A stretch of 64,000 nt of DNA, taken from Candidatus Dormiibacterota bacterium (lineage in GTDB: Bacteria; Chloroflexota; Dormibacteria; Aeolococcales; Bog-877). Under the pieces are notes generated by a model, which made no database searches, was not told the origin of the DNA, and saw only the letters and a program-made list of their open reading frames with translations. Below are positions 1-8,689 of this stretch, one piece after another (within the stretch, counting starts at the first letter, position 1; every line of letters starts with the position of its first letter). Where the stretch lies: positions 2,046,026 to 2,110,025 of the forward strand of contig CAWDQV010000001.1 in assembly GCA_963804565.1 (NCBI GenBank), in the 5' to 3' direction. The position numbers and the translations under genes are program-made.

Positions 1-294
1 GTGTGAGGGCCCTTGGTGGGGCGTGATCAGGCTTTTGCTCTCACCCGCGACTGGCTTGGCCCGCCCCGGCAAGTCTCCAGGGAGGAAGCGCTGGCCGAGC
101 TTGCCAGGCGCTATCTGCTAGGGCACGCTCCGGCGACCGTCCGGGGCCTTGCCCAGTGGGCAGGGATCAGCCTCGGTGACGCGCGTCGGGGGGTGCGGGC
201 CCTGGGGACAGAACTGTTGGAGCAGGGTGAGGGAATGATCCAACTCGGCGGGCCGTGTTCCCGCGCCGGGGCGGAATCGGCTCAGGGCAAATGA
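1..294 (+). CDS. YcaQ-like winged-helix DNA-binding protein, C-terminal fragment (5' end outside window)
   Basis: Frame is open to the window edge (track ORF 13..294). ALAELARRYLLGHAPATVRGLAQWAGISLGDARRG resembles the C-terminal winged helix of YcaQ/DUF1006 proteins. Family call is from memory only. Confidence 0.4.
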
Positions 295-908
295 AGCAGC
301 TTGTCGTCGGCCAAGCGCAGGGTGATGGACCGGATGCCGGGGGGTCCTCCAACCGCCCGCACGCCGGGGATGGCAGAGCCGAGGTGGCTCAGCAAAACCT
401 CCTCAGAGCCGCCAACCTCGACCTCGGCAATCTCCCCATTGCTAGCGCCGGGTTCTGGAGTTGCTGCAGCTGGGTGTCGAGTTGGGTCTTGCCAGGAGAT
501 GAAGAATGGCAAGCGCGCTGCGCCGAACGCCTGCTCGACGCCGACGGTAGTCCAGCGCACCTCTGAGCCGTCCGCCAGTGCCCGGGCGCCGGGCTCAGCC
601 CTCTGGCCCAGCCTGCGTGCCACCTCCTCGAGGTCGTCTGCGAGCAGGCAGAGGCCGATGGGGGTGAGCCGGTCGCGGTGGGCGCCGGCGATCACTGCGC
701 GGCCCAGGAGACTGGTGCTGGCAAGTCCGGGGTTTTCCACGGCAATCAACTCCAGGTATTGACTGCCGATCGGGACGATCAGGTTGGCGGTTCCCCAGAG
801 CAGGTGACTTCCTCCCGGCTGGCAGTGCAACCCATAGGCGCGCAACAGCTGCTGCTCCCCGTGGGGCAGTGAGGTGGTCGCCAGCAGGACATGGTCGATC
901 CGAGTCAT
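282..908 (-). CDS. VOC/glyoxalase-like domain protein
   Basis: 208-aa ORF with IDHVLLAT, YLELIAV and PFFISW motifs typical of Glyoxalase_3/VOC fold proteins. Its start overlaps the stop of the upstream Rieske gene by 4 nt. Confidence 0.55.
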   Translation of the reverse strand: MTRIDHVLLATTSLPHGEQQLLRAYGLHCQPGGSHLLWGTANLIVPIGSQYLELIAVENPGLASTSLLGRAVIAGAHRDRLTPIGLCLLADDLEEVARRLGQRAEPGARALADGSEVRWTTVGVEQAFGAARLPFFISWQDPTRHPAAATPEPGASNGEIAEVEVGGSEEVLLSHLGSAIPGVRAVGGPPGIRSITLRLADDKLLHLP

Positions 909-1780
909 GTACCGGTCCGGCGGATCTCCACTCGACCCGCTTTGGTACGCACCTCGAATACGGGATTGGCGATGGTCGCCGGACCATGGGTGACCCGGCC
1001 GCTGCGCAGCTCAAAGTGTGATCCGTGCCAGGGGCAGTGGAGTTGACCGTCTTCTATGGGCAGCTCGTCGAGCGGGCCGCCGGCGTGGGAGCAGATGGCG
1101 TTGGCGGCGCAGATCTCGCCGTCGAGGCGGGTCAGCAAGACCTGGTTGCGGCCCACCTGCTTGCGGGTGAAGGAGCCTTCCGATACCTCGCCTTCGGCGG
1201 CCACCTCGGTCCACTTCTTCGGCCCAGAGCTGAAAGCGTTGTGATTCACCTGGAGGCCCATGCGGAAGACCATGTCGCCGCCCAAGTAGCCACCCGTCGC
1301 AGCCGCTCCCAACCCGAGCAGCGAGAGGCCGATCGCCGGACCCCGGGAGCCCCTGAGCCGCAGCGCCAGCGAGGCTGAACAGAGCAAGAGCGCGCTGCTA
1401 TTGATGAGGGCATGCGCGGTGCCCAGGTCGCGGCCGTGGCCCACTTGGTCCTGCCAATCGGCAAGCCCGGTCGCCGCTGCGGCGACCGCCCCGGCGCAGC
1501 CCAGCGCCACCAGTGCGTCGGCCCCCTCCGAGATCCCGCTTCCCGATCCCCCGTCCAGCAGATCCAACAAGCTGGCCCCGGTCCACGCGCCGAGCGGCAG
1601 ATGAGTCACCGCCGGATGGACGGGGTGGCCGACCCAGGTTCCATTGAGAAAGTCCTTCACTTTCCCAGCCCCTGGTCCGCTGGCCGCTCCGAGCTTGGCC
1701 AGCCAGCCGTGGAGGAGCTCTCCCAATGGTCCCAGGAACGTGAGCTTTCGAATGATCCGATCGAGGGTGGCAGCAGTCAT
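905..1780 (-). CDS. DUF2231-type membrane domain fused to a Rieske [2Fe-2S] domain
   Basis: Track ORF 905..2059 trimmed to the ATG at 1778-1780 (MTAATLDRII). The N-terminal multi-TM part carries HPVHPAVTHLPLG. The C-terminus carries the Rieske boxes CSHAGGPL and CPWHGSHF. Confidence 0.75.
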   Translation of the reverse strand: MTAATLDRIIRKLTFLGPLGELLHGWLAKLGAASGPGAGKVKDFLNGTWVGHPVHPAVTHLPLGAWTGASLLDLLDGGSGSGISEGADALVALGCAGAVAAAATGLADWQDQVGHGRDLGTAHALINSSALLLCSASLALRLRGSRGPAIGLSLLGLGAAATGGYLGGDMVFRMGLQVNHNAFSSGPKKWTEVAAEGEVSEGSFTRKQVGRNQVLLTRLDGEICAANAICSHAGGPLDELPIEDGQLHCPWHGSHFELRSGRVTHGPATIANPVFEVRTKAGRVEIRRTGT

Positions 1781-1845
1781 GATCAGGACCTCATGCAGTC
1801 GGCCAGAGATCGAGTGGGGGCACGATCGGCCCTGAGAATGGGCGA

Positions 1846-2541
1846 GTGCTAGTCCCCATCCTAGAGAGCGATCCCGATTACGCGGACATTGCAGTGCACA
1901 TCGTCGCCCAGACCGCCGGATTGGAAGCGCGAGTGGTGACCAGCCTGGACCAGCTCTCCCTGCTGATCCGGCGTGAGCCACCGGCCGCCATGGTTGCTGA
2001 CCGGGCCTTGCTCCAAGGGGTCCGCGGGGTAGAGGCGGTGCGCAGCGTTTCCACGGCACCGCTTGTCGTGCTGACCGCCGATCCCCAGGAGACCGTCTCG
2101 CTGATGGAAGCGGGTGCCGACTACGTACTGGCCAAGCCCTACCCGCCGGCGATGCTCCGGGCCACCATGCGTGCCATCTGGCGCCGACGCCAGGTGGAGC
2201 GCCGCTCCTCGGGGCGCGTGCTTGAGATCGGGCCGTTGGTGGTGGAGCCTGCCCGACGCAGTGCTCGTATCGAGGGGCGCCGCCACTTTCTTAGTCCCCG
2301 CGAGGCCGACTTGCTCGAGTACCTCGCCCTCAACTCCGGGGTGGTGCTGAGCCGGCGCCAGATCATTGATGGAGCCTGGGGCGGCGATCCCACCGCCACC
2401 TCGGCGGCCGTGACCATGTGTATCCACCGGCTCCGCCTCAAACTGGAAGCCGATCCCAACCGGCCCCTTCTGCTCCGGACGAAGCGGGGCGATGGATACG
2501 TTCTCGACGCTCGGCTGGTGCCGTCTCCGGAGCGGCCATGA
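1846..2541 (+). CDS. OmpR/PhoB-family response regulator (orphan: no kinase in window)
   Basis: Starts at GTG 1846. Receiver residues are present (ILESDPD, MVAD, VVLTA, LAKP). C-terminal winged helix shows LSPREADLLEYL and RTKRGDGYVL. Confidence 0.8.
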   Translation: MLVPILESDPDYADIAVHIVAQTAGLEARVVTSLDQLSLLIRREPPAAMVADRALLQGVRGVEAVRSVSTAPLVVLTADPQETVSLMEAGADYVLAKPYPPAMLRATMRAIWRRRQVERRSSGRVLEIGPLVVEPARRSARIEGRRHFLSPREADLLEYLALNSGVVLSRRQIIDGAWGGDPTATSAAVTMCIHRLRLKLEADPNRPLLLRTKRGDGYVLDARLVPSPERP

Positions 2542-3551
2542 GCTCTGCGCCCAAGGGACCGGTCTTGCTGACCGGTGCCACCGGCTTCGTCGGGGCAGCG
2601 GTGATGCGCCAGCTGCTGCTGGCCCGCTATCCGGTGCGAGCCTTGCTTCGCCGACCCGACGCCTTCCAGGCGCCAGACGGGGTCGAGCCGTGTCCGGGGG
2701 ATATCACCGACCTGTCCTCGCTCTTGGCCGCCGCGCGTGGCTGCGAGTCGGTGATCCACTGTGCCGCCGACTATCGACTCGCTCTGAGACCTTCCGAGGC
2801 GAGCACGATGATCTCGGCTAACGTGGGGGGTACTGCCAACGTGCTGCTGGCGGCCCAGCGGTCCGGGGTCCGTCGCCTGGTCCACTGCAGCACGGTGGGG
2901 ACGCTTGCCTTCTCGCGCTCGGGCAAGGTCTGCTCGGAGGACGATGATGCTTCATCCCCCGCCGTCCTTCCGGGCCCCTACAAGAGGTCCAAGTGGGCAG
3001 CCCAGCGGCTGGTGCTTGCGAAGGATCACGATGGACTCGAGGTTGTTGTGGTCTTGCCGAGCACTCCAGTCGGCCTGGGTGATCGCCGCCCCACCCCGAC
3101 CGGTCAGACGATTCGTGACTTTCTCGGGGGTCGAATTCCGGCGGTTGTGAACACCGGACTCAACCTGGTCGCGGTGGAGTCGGTCGGGGAGGGGCACGTG
3201 CTGGCCCTGGAGCGCGGAGTGCCCGGTCGCGGCTACATCCTGGGCGACCGCAACCTGACCTTGCGCCAGCTTCTCGCCCAGGTGGCGGACCTGGCTCGGG
3301 TCTCGCCTCCCCGTTGGCGAATTCCGATAGGCGTTGCCTTCGCCGTCGCAATCGCCAGCGAGGCGAGAGGCAGGGTCGAGCACCGGGCACCGCGGATCTC
3401 GACCACCGAAGTACGGATGGCCTCGCATCCGATGTATGTGACCGCCGTCCGTGCCCAGACCGAACTCGGATGGAAGCCGGGCGACCTGGCCCTAGCGCTG
3501 CGGCAGGCGGTGGGGGAGCTGGCTCCGACCGCGGATAGGAGGGCAGCCTAG
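2538..3551 (+). CDS. hpnA: NAD-dependent epimerase/dehydratase, hopanoid-associated HpnA type
   Basis: ATG 2538 overlaps the regulator stop (ATGA). GATGFVG Rossmann motif and extended-SDR layout. Context next to hopanoid genes supports the call. Confidence 0.7.
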   Translation: MSSAPKGPVLLTGATGFVGAAVMRQLLLARYPVRALLRRPDAFQAPDGVEPCPGDITDLSSLLAAARGCESVIHCAADYRLALRPSEASTMISANVGGTANVLLAAQRSGVRRLVHCSTVGTLAFSRSGKVCSEDDDASSPAVLPGPYKRSKWAAQRLVLAKDHDGLEVVVVLPSTPVGLGDRRPTPTGQTIRDFLGGRIPAVVNTGLNLVAVESVGEGHVLALERGVPGRGYILGDRNLTLRQLLAQVADLARVSPPRWRIPIGVAFAVAIASEARGRVEHRAPRISTTEVRMASHPMYVTAVRAQTELGWKPGDLALALRQAVGELAPTADRRAA

Positions 3552-3553
3552 AA

Positions 3554-5041
3554 GTGGAGGCGCTCACCTCCCGCTGGTACGCCTTCGTGCCCTGGCTGCT
3601 TGTGATTCTGGTCGTCTGGCGCCAGCACGGGTGGCGCAGGGCGTTTCCGGTCGCGCTCGGGGGATGGCTCATCGCCTTCGCGGCGGAGTGGGGATCCACG
3701 GTCGGGCCCGGGGTGCCGTTCGGGGTCTACGCGTATCGGAGTGTCGGTCTTCTCCATGACTGGCGCCTGCTCGGTGTCCCCCTGTTCGACAGCCTGAGCT
3801 TCACCTGGCTCGCCTACTGCACCTACAGCCTCTGCGGATGGCTTGGCGCGAGGGGCGGGCGTCGACTGGTGCTGGGTGCGCTGGCGATGGTGGCGATCGA
3901 CGTCGTCGTAGACCCTGTCGCCCTTCGCGGGGCCCGCTGGTGGCTGGGGTCGATCTACTCGTATCCCGCCCACTCCGCTCTCTGGTACGGAGTCTCGGCC
4001 CTCAACTACCTGGGCTGGCTGGTGGTCGGGTTGGCGCTTCAGCTGTGGCTGGGGCTCTGGCTGGGCGATCGAGGACGCGAGGGCCCCAGTGCCTTGGTCC
4101 TTTCGGCCGTTCTGGTCGCAGGCGTGGTCGCTCAGAGTGCAGTTCTGGCCATCGTCTTGGGGATCGGACCGAGCGCCCTACTGGCGGTGGTCCTGCTTGC
4201 CTCAATTGGGATCGCGTCAAGGGGATTGCGCTCGCCGGCGCCCTCACCGGGCCGCCCTCTGGTTGTGGTCGCATGTGCACTGGGCTCGGAGGCACGGGCG
4301 GTTCGCCGGTCTCTCGGTCGAGGATGGGTGGGCCGACCAGTCGCCGGATTCCTCAGGTGGAGTCGTAGCAGTTGGCCCGCGGTCGAGGTCTGGGAAACCG
4401 GCATGGGACCGGTGGCGGCGGCAGCTGCCGCGGCGTCGGCGCCCGCTGGCGCCACGATCCTGGTGGCTGGGGTGGGGGGCGCCTGCTCGACTGGCTGGAC
4501 GGTGGGATCACTCGCGGTCGGGTCGAGTGTGTTGGCTGGCTCTGGCGACTGGCTGGAGTTGGACCCCGCGGCCCAGAAGCGGTTGCTGGAGACGCTGGTG
4601 GTCCGGTCCGCCCAGCTGGTGAGCCTCGAGCAACCGGTGGACAGCGAGGCAGAGCGAGAGGCGCTTGCGCTCCGCGGGGTGGACGTGGCTGAGATGGAAA
4701 CCGAAGCCTGGCTGACGCACCGGAATCACCCCGAATTGTCTCCAGTGGCAGCTCTCCGGGTGGTGACCGACACCCCGTCGCAGCCGATCGGAGTCGCGGC
4801 CAGCCTGATCCCACCCGGCGCGGCCGCGCCGAGCCCACTCCGCGTGGCGAATCTCATCCTGTTTCATCCCGGCCGGTTGGGCCAGTTGATCAAGCTCGGA
4901 CAGCGACAACGGCTTGCCCTGGGGGCCCTGGGGAAGGCGGTTGCCCTAGCGGTGCCAGTGCTTGAGAAGCTCTCGCAAAACCGCGCCGGCTGGGTCTCGG
5001 ATGGCCACTCTGAGGGGCGTGCCGCCATCCCCGCCTCCTGA
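3554..5041 (+). CDS. Fusion: DUF422 (carotenoid-biosynthesis-protein/CruF-like) membrane domain + HpnG-type phosphorylase/nucleosidase domain
   Basis: The first ~230 aa are polytopic, with EWGSTVGPGVPFGVYAY and DVVVDPVA...WW motifs of the DUF422 family. The last ~260 aa have PNP_UDP-like motifs (VVVACALGSEA, ETGMGPVAAA, LVAGVGGA, VAEMETEA) as in hopanoid-associated phosphorylase HpnG. Confidence 0.65.
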   Translation: MEALTSRWYAFVPWLLVILVVWRQHGWRRAFPVALGGWLIAFAAEWGSTVGPGVPFGVYAYRSVGLLHDWRLLGVPLFDSLSFTWLAYCTYSLCGWLGARGGRRLVLGALAMVAIDVVVDPVALRGARWWLGSIYSYPAHSALWYGVSALNYLGWLVVGLALQLWLGLWLGDRGREGPSALVLSAVLVAGVVAQSAVLAIVLGIGPSALLAVVLLASIGIASRGLRSPAPSPGRPLVVVACALGSEARAVRRSLGRGWVGRPVAGFLRWSRSSWPAVEVWETGMGPVAAAAAAASAPAGATILVAGVGGACSTGWTVGSLAVGSSVLAGSGDWLELDPAAQKRLLETLVVRSAQLVSLEQPVDSEAEREALALRGVDVAEMETEAWLTHRNHPELSPVAALRVVTDTPSQPIGVAASLIPPGAAAPSPLRVANLILFHPGRLGQLIKLGQRQRLALGALGKAVALAVPVLEKLSQNRAGWVSDGHSEGRAAIPAS

Positions 5042-5080
5042 GGCTTGGTCAGTCACGGTGCGCACCCCTCGCTGAGGCGA

Positions 5081-6061
5081 TCAGGGTTGAAGCGCCGGTT
5101 GGGCCTCTGTGGCGAGCGGGCTCGCACCCTCTCGGCGAGCTAGCAGGTCGAAGTAGAGCAGCACCAGCCCACCCAAAACGATGGGGGAGATAAGGACGGC
5201 GATCACGATCTTCCAAATCAGCAGGATCAGAGCGCCCGCAGGTTGGCTGGTCCCCCCTCCGAGCACGGCGAAAGCGGCAGCCAATATCCCCCCCACTATG
5301 GCCAGTACCACAACGAGGATGAAGAGCACCACCACCACCCCGAGGATCCTCCAGGCGCTTCCTTTGGAGAGTTCCCACGACCGCCGAATGGCGAGCCAGG
5401 GATCGACCGGCTCCAGCACGACAACAGAGCCAGACACCAAGACCCTCAGGTAGGCCATCACGCCGAGAACCATCGCCACCAGCCAGATCAGCAAGGCCAA
5501 CAGGAGCCCGTGTCCCCGGAGGCTGATCACCAACAGGGCATTTACCAAACCGAGCAGGCCCAAAGCCCCGAAGGCTATCGCGCCCAGGATCAGACCCAGA
5601 CCCAGGAGTGGCAGCCAGCGCCCAAGGGCGGCTTGAAATGCCAGCCGGATCGAGGTGGGCTGGTCCTGGCAAAGGTCGGCCACCACCCTGGTGAACGCCG
5701 CCAGCTCGAGGGGAAGGGCGATCAGGGCGAACAGGAGCAGACCGATCACTCCTAACACCGATGCGTGAATCGCCCACTGCGTGAACGCCAGGATGTGAAT
5801 TGAAGTGCCGTGCCCACCCTGGAGGTGGCTGAAGAGTCGAGGTGGGGTGCCCCGGTTGCTGGCCAGCAGCGCCGCCAGAATCTGATAGGGCACCTGGACC
5901 ACTGCCACTACCCCCACGAACAACCAGAAGTTGCGCCGGTAGAGGGAGAAGACGGTGTCCAGCAGGGCACCGATACCCATAGGCTGAAGGGGCGGTCCAC
6001 CTGGCTGGGCGCTCATCGGGCGCAGGCTACGCCATAGGATCGCGCCAGGGGTAGCATTCAC
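5081..6061 (-). CDS. Polytopic membrane protein of unknown function (YciC/DUF975-like topology)
   Basis: 326-aa ORF starting at GTG, with 6-7 hydrophobic segments and an N-terminal LYRRNFWLFVGVVAV motif. No catalytic motif recognised. Confidence 0.45.
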   Translation of the reverse strand: MNATPGAILWRSLRPMSAQPGGPPLQPMGIGALLDTVFSLYRRNFWLFVGVVAVVQVPYQILAALLASNRGTPPRLFSHLQGGHGTSIHILAFTQWAIHASVLGVIGLLLFALIALPLELAAFTRVVADLCQDQPTSIRLAFQAALGRWLPLLGLGLILGAIAFGALGLLGLVNALLVISLRGHGLLLALLIWLVAMVLGVMAYLRVLVSGSVVVLEPVDPWLAIRRSWELSKGSAWRILGVVVVLFILVVVLAIVGGILAAAFAVLGGGTSQPAGALILLIWKIVIAVLISPIVLGGLVLLYFDLLARREGASPLATEAQPALQP

Positions 6062-6065
6062 CGAC

Positions 6066-6094
6066 TTGACACATGACTATTCCGGCCCCATATA
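6066..6094 (+). promoter_or_regulatory. Candidate sigma70-type promoter of the PadR/ABC operon
   Basis: TTGACA at 6066-6071, 17 nt spacer, then CATATA at 6089-6094 (or TATACT at 6091-6096). Followed by the AGGAAGGAG Shine-Dalgarno and GTG 6125. Confidence 0.45.
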
Positions 6095-6109
6095 CTCTGA
6101 GCCGTATAT
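6090..6109. promoter_or_regulatory. Inverted repeat ATATAC-N8-GTATAT, candidate PadR operator
   Basis: Perfect 6-nt arms with an 8-nt spacer overlap the -10 region. The geometry matches the ATGT-N8-ACAT layout reported for PadR-family operators. Confidence 0.45.
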
Positions 6110-6124
6110 TTAGGAAGGAGTCCA

Positions 6125-6739
6125 GTGGCGGCCTACTCGCGATCCAACCTCCTGGCGCTAGCCGTGCTGGTGTGTCTATTGGAACGTCCGATGCACCCCT
6201 ATGAGATGGCGACAGTGATGCGTCAGCGGGGCAAGGAAGAGAACATCAAGCTGAACTACGGCACGCTCTACACCGTGGTCAGGGGACTGTTCAAGGCGGG
6301 CCTCATCGAGGCCCGGGAAACCGAGCGTGAGGGTCGGCGCCCGGAACGAACCGTCTACGAACTGTTGCCAGCGGGGCACCGCGAACTCATCGACTGGCTC
6401 AGCGAGATGATCAGCACTCCGGCCAAGGAGTACCCCAAGTTTGAAGCCGCCCTCGCCATGCTGCCGGCGCTGCCACCGGAAGACGCCCTGGGCCTGATCG
6501 GTGATCGGATAACTCGGCTAGACCTGGAGCTGATACAACAGCGTGCGGTGCATCAGCGGGCTGAGCGGCAGGAGCTGCCGGAACTGTTCCTGCTCGAGTC
6601 GGATTTCTCGATCCACCAGTGTGAGGCAGAACTGGAGTGGGTGCGCGGCCTGCACGCCAAGCTCGCCTCGGGCGAGCTTGGTGGGATGGATGGCTGGCGA
6701 GCGTTCATCCGAGAAGACGGGGAACGCCTATCGACGTAA
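6125..6739 (+). CDS. PadR-family transcriptional regulator
   Basis: N-terminal winged helix LERPMHPYEMATVMRQRGKEENIKLNYGTLYTVVRGL...GRRPERTVYELLPAG plus a C-terminal dimerisation domain. Confidence 0.85.
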   Translation: MAAYSRSNLLALAVLVCLLERPMHPYEMATVMRQRGKEENIKLNYGTLYTVVRGLFKAGLIEARETEREGRRPERTVYELLPAGHRELIDWLSEMISTPAKEYPKFEAALAMLPALPPEDALGLIGDRITRLDLELIQQRAVHQRAERQELPELFLLESDFSIHQCEAELEWVRGLHAKLASGELGGMDGWRAFIREDGERLST

Positions 6740-6906
6740 CCGAGAAATAGACCCCCGAGCCGGGTGCAGACACACCCGGCCCAGGGGCTTCGATCCTCGA
6801 GTCGGTCCCGGGGGACCTGATACCCAAGGTGCAAAACAATGGTAGCCAGGTCTGACCCGAGTCGACTCCTCCATCCAAGTGCGTGTCCCAAAGGAGGCGT
6901 CAGACC

Positions 6907-7922
6907 ATGGCGATATCGACGCTCGGCACTCCGCAGCAGATCAGCTCCTCGACTCACGACCTGGCAGTGAGAGCCGAGGAACTGGTCAAGACCTACAAGG
7001 GGGCACCACGGCCCTGGACCGACTGAGCTTCCACGTTTGCGCGGGTACCGTCTTCGCGTTGCTGGGCCCTAACGGCGCAGGCAAGTCCACGGCCGTGAAG
7101 GTGCTGACAACTCTGTCTCGGCCTGACTCTGGTCGAGCCTCAGTTGCCGGGCTCGACGTGTTGCGGCAGCCGGATCGAGTGCGCCGGGCCATCGGGGTGG
7201 TGGCCCAGAAGTCAGCAGTAGACCTGGAGGCGACCGGGCGCGAGAACCTGCAGCTGCAGGGCCACCTGTACCAGATGCCAAGAAAGGAGCTGCAGGGCAG
7301 CGTCAGCATCCTGCTCGACCGCCTGGGTCTTGATCAGGTTGCCGACAAGATCGCCAAGACCTACTCCGGAGGCACCCAACGCAAGCTCGACGTTGCGATG
7401 GGACTGGTTCATCGACCGGAGGTGCTCTTCCTTGACGAGCCCACCACCGGACTCGACCCCGAAGCGCGCTCTGAGATGTGGCGCGAGATCTCCCGACTTG
7501 CCCGGGAAGAAGGGCTGACCGTGCTATTGACCACTCACTATCTGGAAGAGGCCGACCGACTCTCCGACCAGGTGGCGATCATGGACCAGGGAACGATCGT
7601 GGTCCAGGGAACGGCGGACCAGCTGAAGTCGGAACTACATGGCGACGCGGTGGTGATTCAGCTGGGCGACGAAGTCAGCCAAGAGGCGGCGCTCCAAGCC
7701 GTGTCGAGCCTCGGCGACCTTCTTGAGCAACCCTCGTGCGACCGCGGCCTCCTGCGGGCCCGGGTGGACGCCGGCGCTAGTGCCCTGCCGGCGGTACTTG
7801 GAGTTCTTGATTCAGCAGAGTTACGAGTCGCCACCGCCAGCGTGGTCCGTCCCTCGCTGGACGACGTCTACCTGCGCTACACCGGTCATGCCTTCACGTC
7901 AGCCCAAGAGCCCTCCAGATGA
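6907..7922 (+). pseudogene. ABC transporter ATP-binding protein (DrrA-like), one frameshift in a G5 run
   Basis: AAGGAGG Shine-Dalgarno plus ATG 6907 gives MAIS...LAVRAEELVKTYKG, which then stops. The Walker A body (GTTALDRLSF...GPNGAGKST) continues in track ORF 6879..7922. One extra G in the GGGGG run at 6999-7003 would join the two parts. Confidence 0.8.
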
Positions 7923-8689
7923 GTGCTGCAGTCGCTACCTCCGGACACGTAACCGGGCGCTACCTGCGCGCCTTTGCGCGACAGCCTTACTACGTCGCGT
8001 CGACCCTCGTGCAGCCGGTGATTTGGTTGCTGTTGTTCGGCCATATGTTTGCGCGAATCATTGAAATCCCTGGCTTTTCTTCGACAAACTACATAGGATT
8101 TCTCACCCCCGGTGTGGTCATGATGACCGCTCTGTTCTCCAATGGATGGAGCGGTATGGGATATGTAATCGACATGGAGCGGGGCGTGCTTAACCGGTTT
8201 CTTGTCACACCGGTCTCCCGTGGGGCGCTGATCAGCGGTGAGCTGCTTTATTCCGCAGGACTGACGGCTCTGCAATCACTGATCATCCTTGGATTGGGTT
8301 GGCTTTCTGGCGCCGTGTTTGCGAGCTTTGTCGGAGTGCTCTTATGCGTTCTGGCGTCCCTGCTGCTGGGCACCTCCTTTGCATCGCTCTCCAACGCCTT
8401 AGCGCTGGTGTTGCGCAGTCAGCAGTCGGTGATTGCCAGCAGCTTTCTGGTGCTACCGCTGGCCTTCCTCTCGGCCTCCTTCATGCCCTTGCAACTGTTG
8501 CCGGCATGGCTCCGCAATGTGGCCGCGTACAACCCGGTCAATTGGGCAGTCGTCGCCTCTCGTCAGTCCCTTGGCCAGCATCCGGACTGGTCGTACGTCG
8601 CACTTCACCTGGGCCTGCTGGGGGTGCTGGCGGTCCTCTGCGCCTGGCTCTCGACCAGAGCCTTCAGGGCGTATCAGCGCTCCGTGTAG
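7919..8689 (+). CDS. ABC-2 type transporter permease
   Basis: 256 aa with six hydrophobic segments and the typical ABC-2 layout. Start overlaps the ATPase stop. Confidence 0.8.
   Translation: MSAAVATSGHVTGRYLRAFARQPYYVASTLVQPVIWLLLFGHMFARIIEIPGFSSTNYIGFLTPGVVMMTALFSNGWSGMGYVIDMERGVLNRFLVTPVSRGALISGELLYSAGLTALQSLIILGLGWLSGAVFASFVGVLLCVLASLLLGTSFASLSNALALVLRSQQSVIASSFLVLPLAFLSASFMPLQLLPAWLRNVAAYNPVNWAVVASRQSLGQHPDWSYVALHLGLLGVLAVLCAWLSTRAFRAYQRSV

Noticed and set aside
1781-2059. 93-aa N-terminal extension of the DUF2231-Rieske ORF
   Set aside because: It runs antisense through the response-regulator gene and is low-complexity. ATG 1780 begins the conserved membrane domain.
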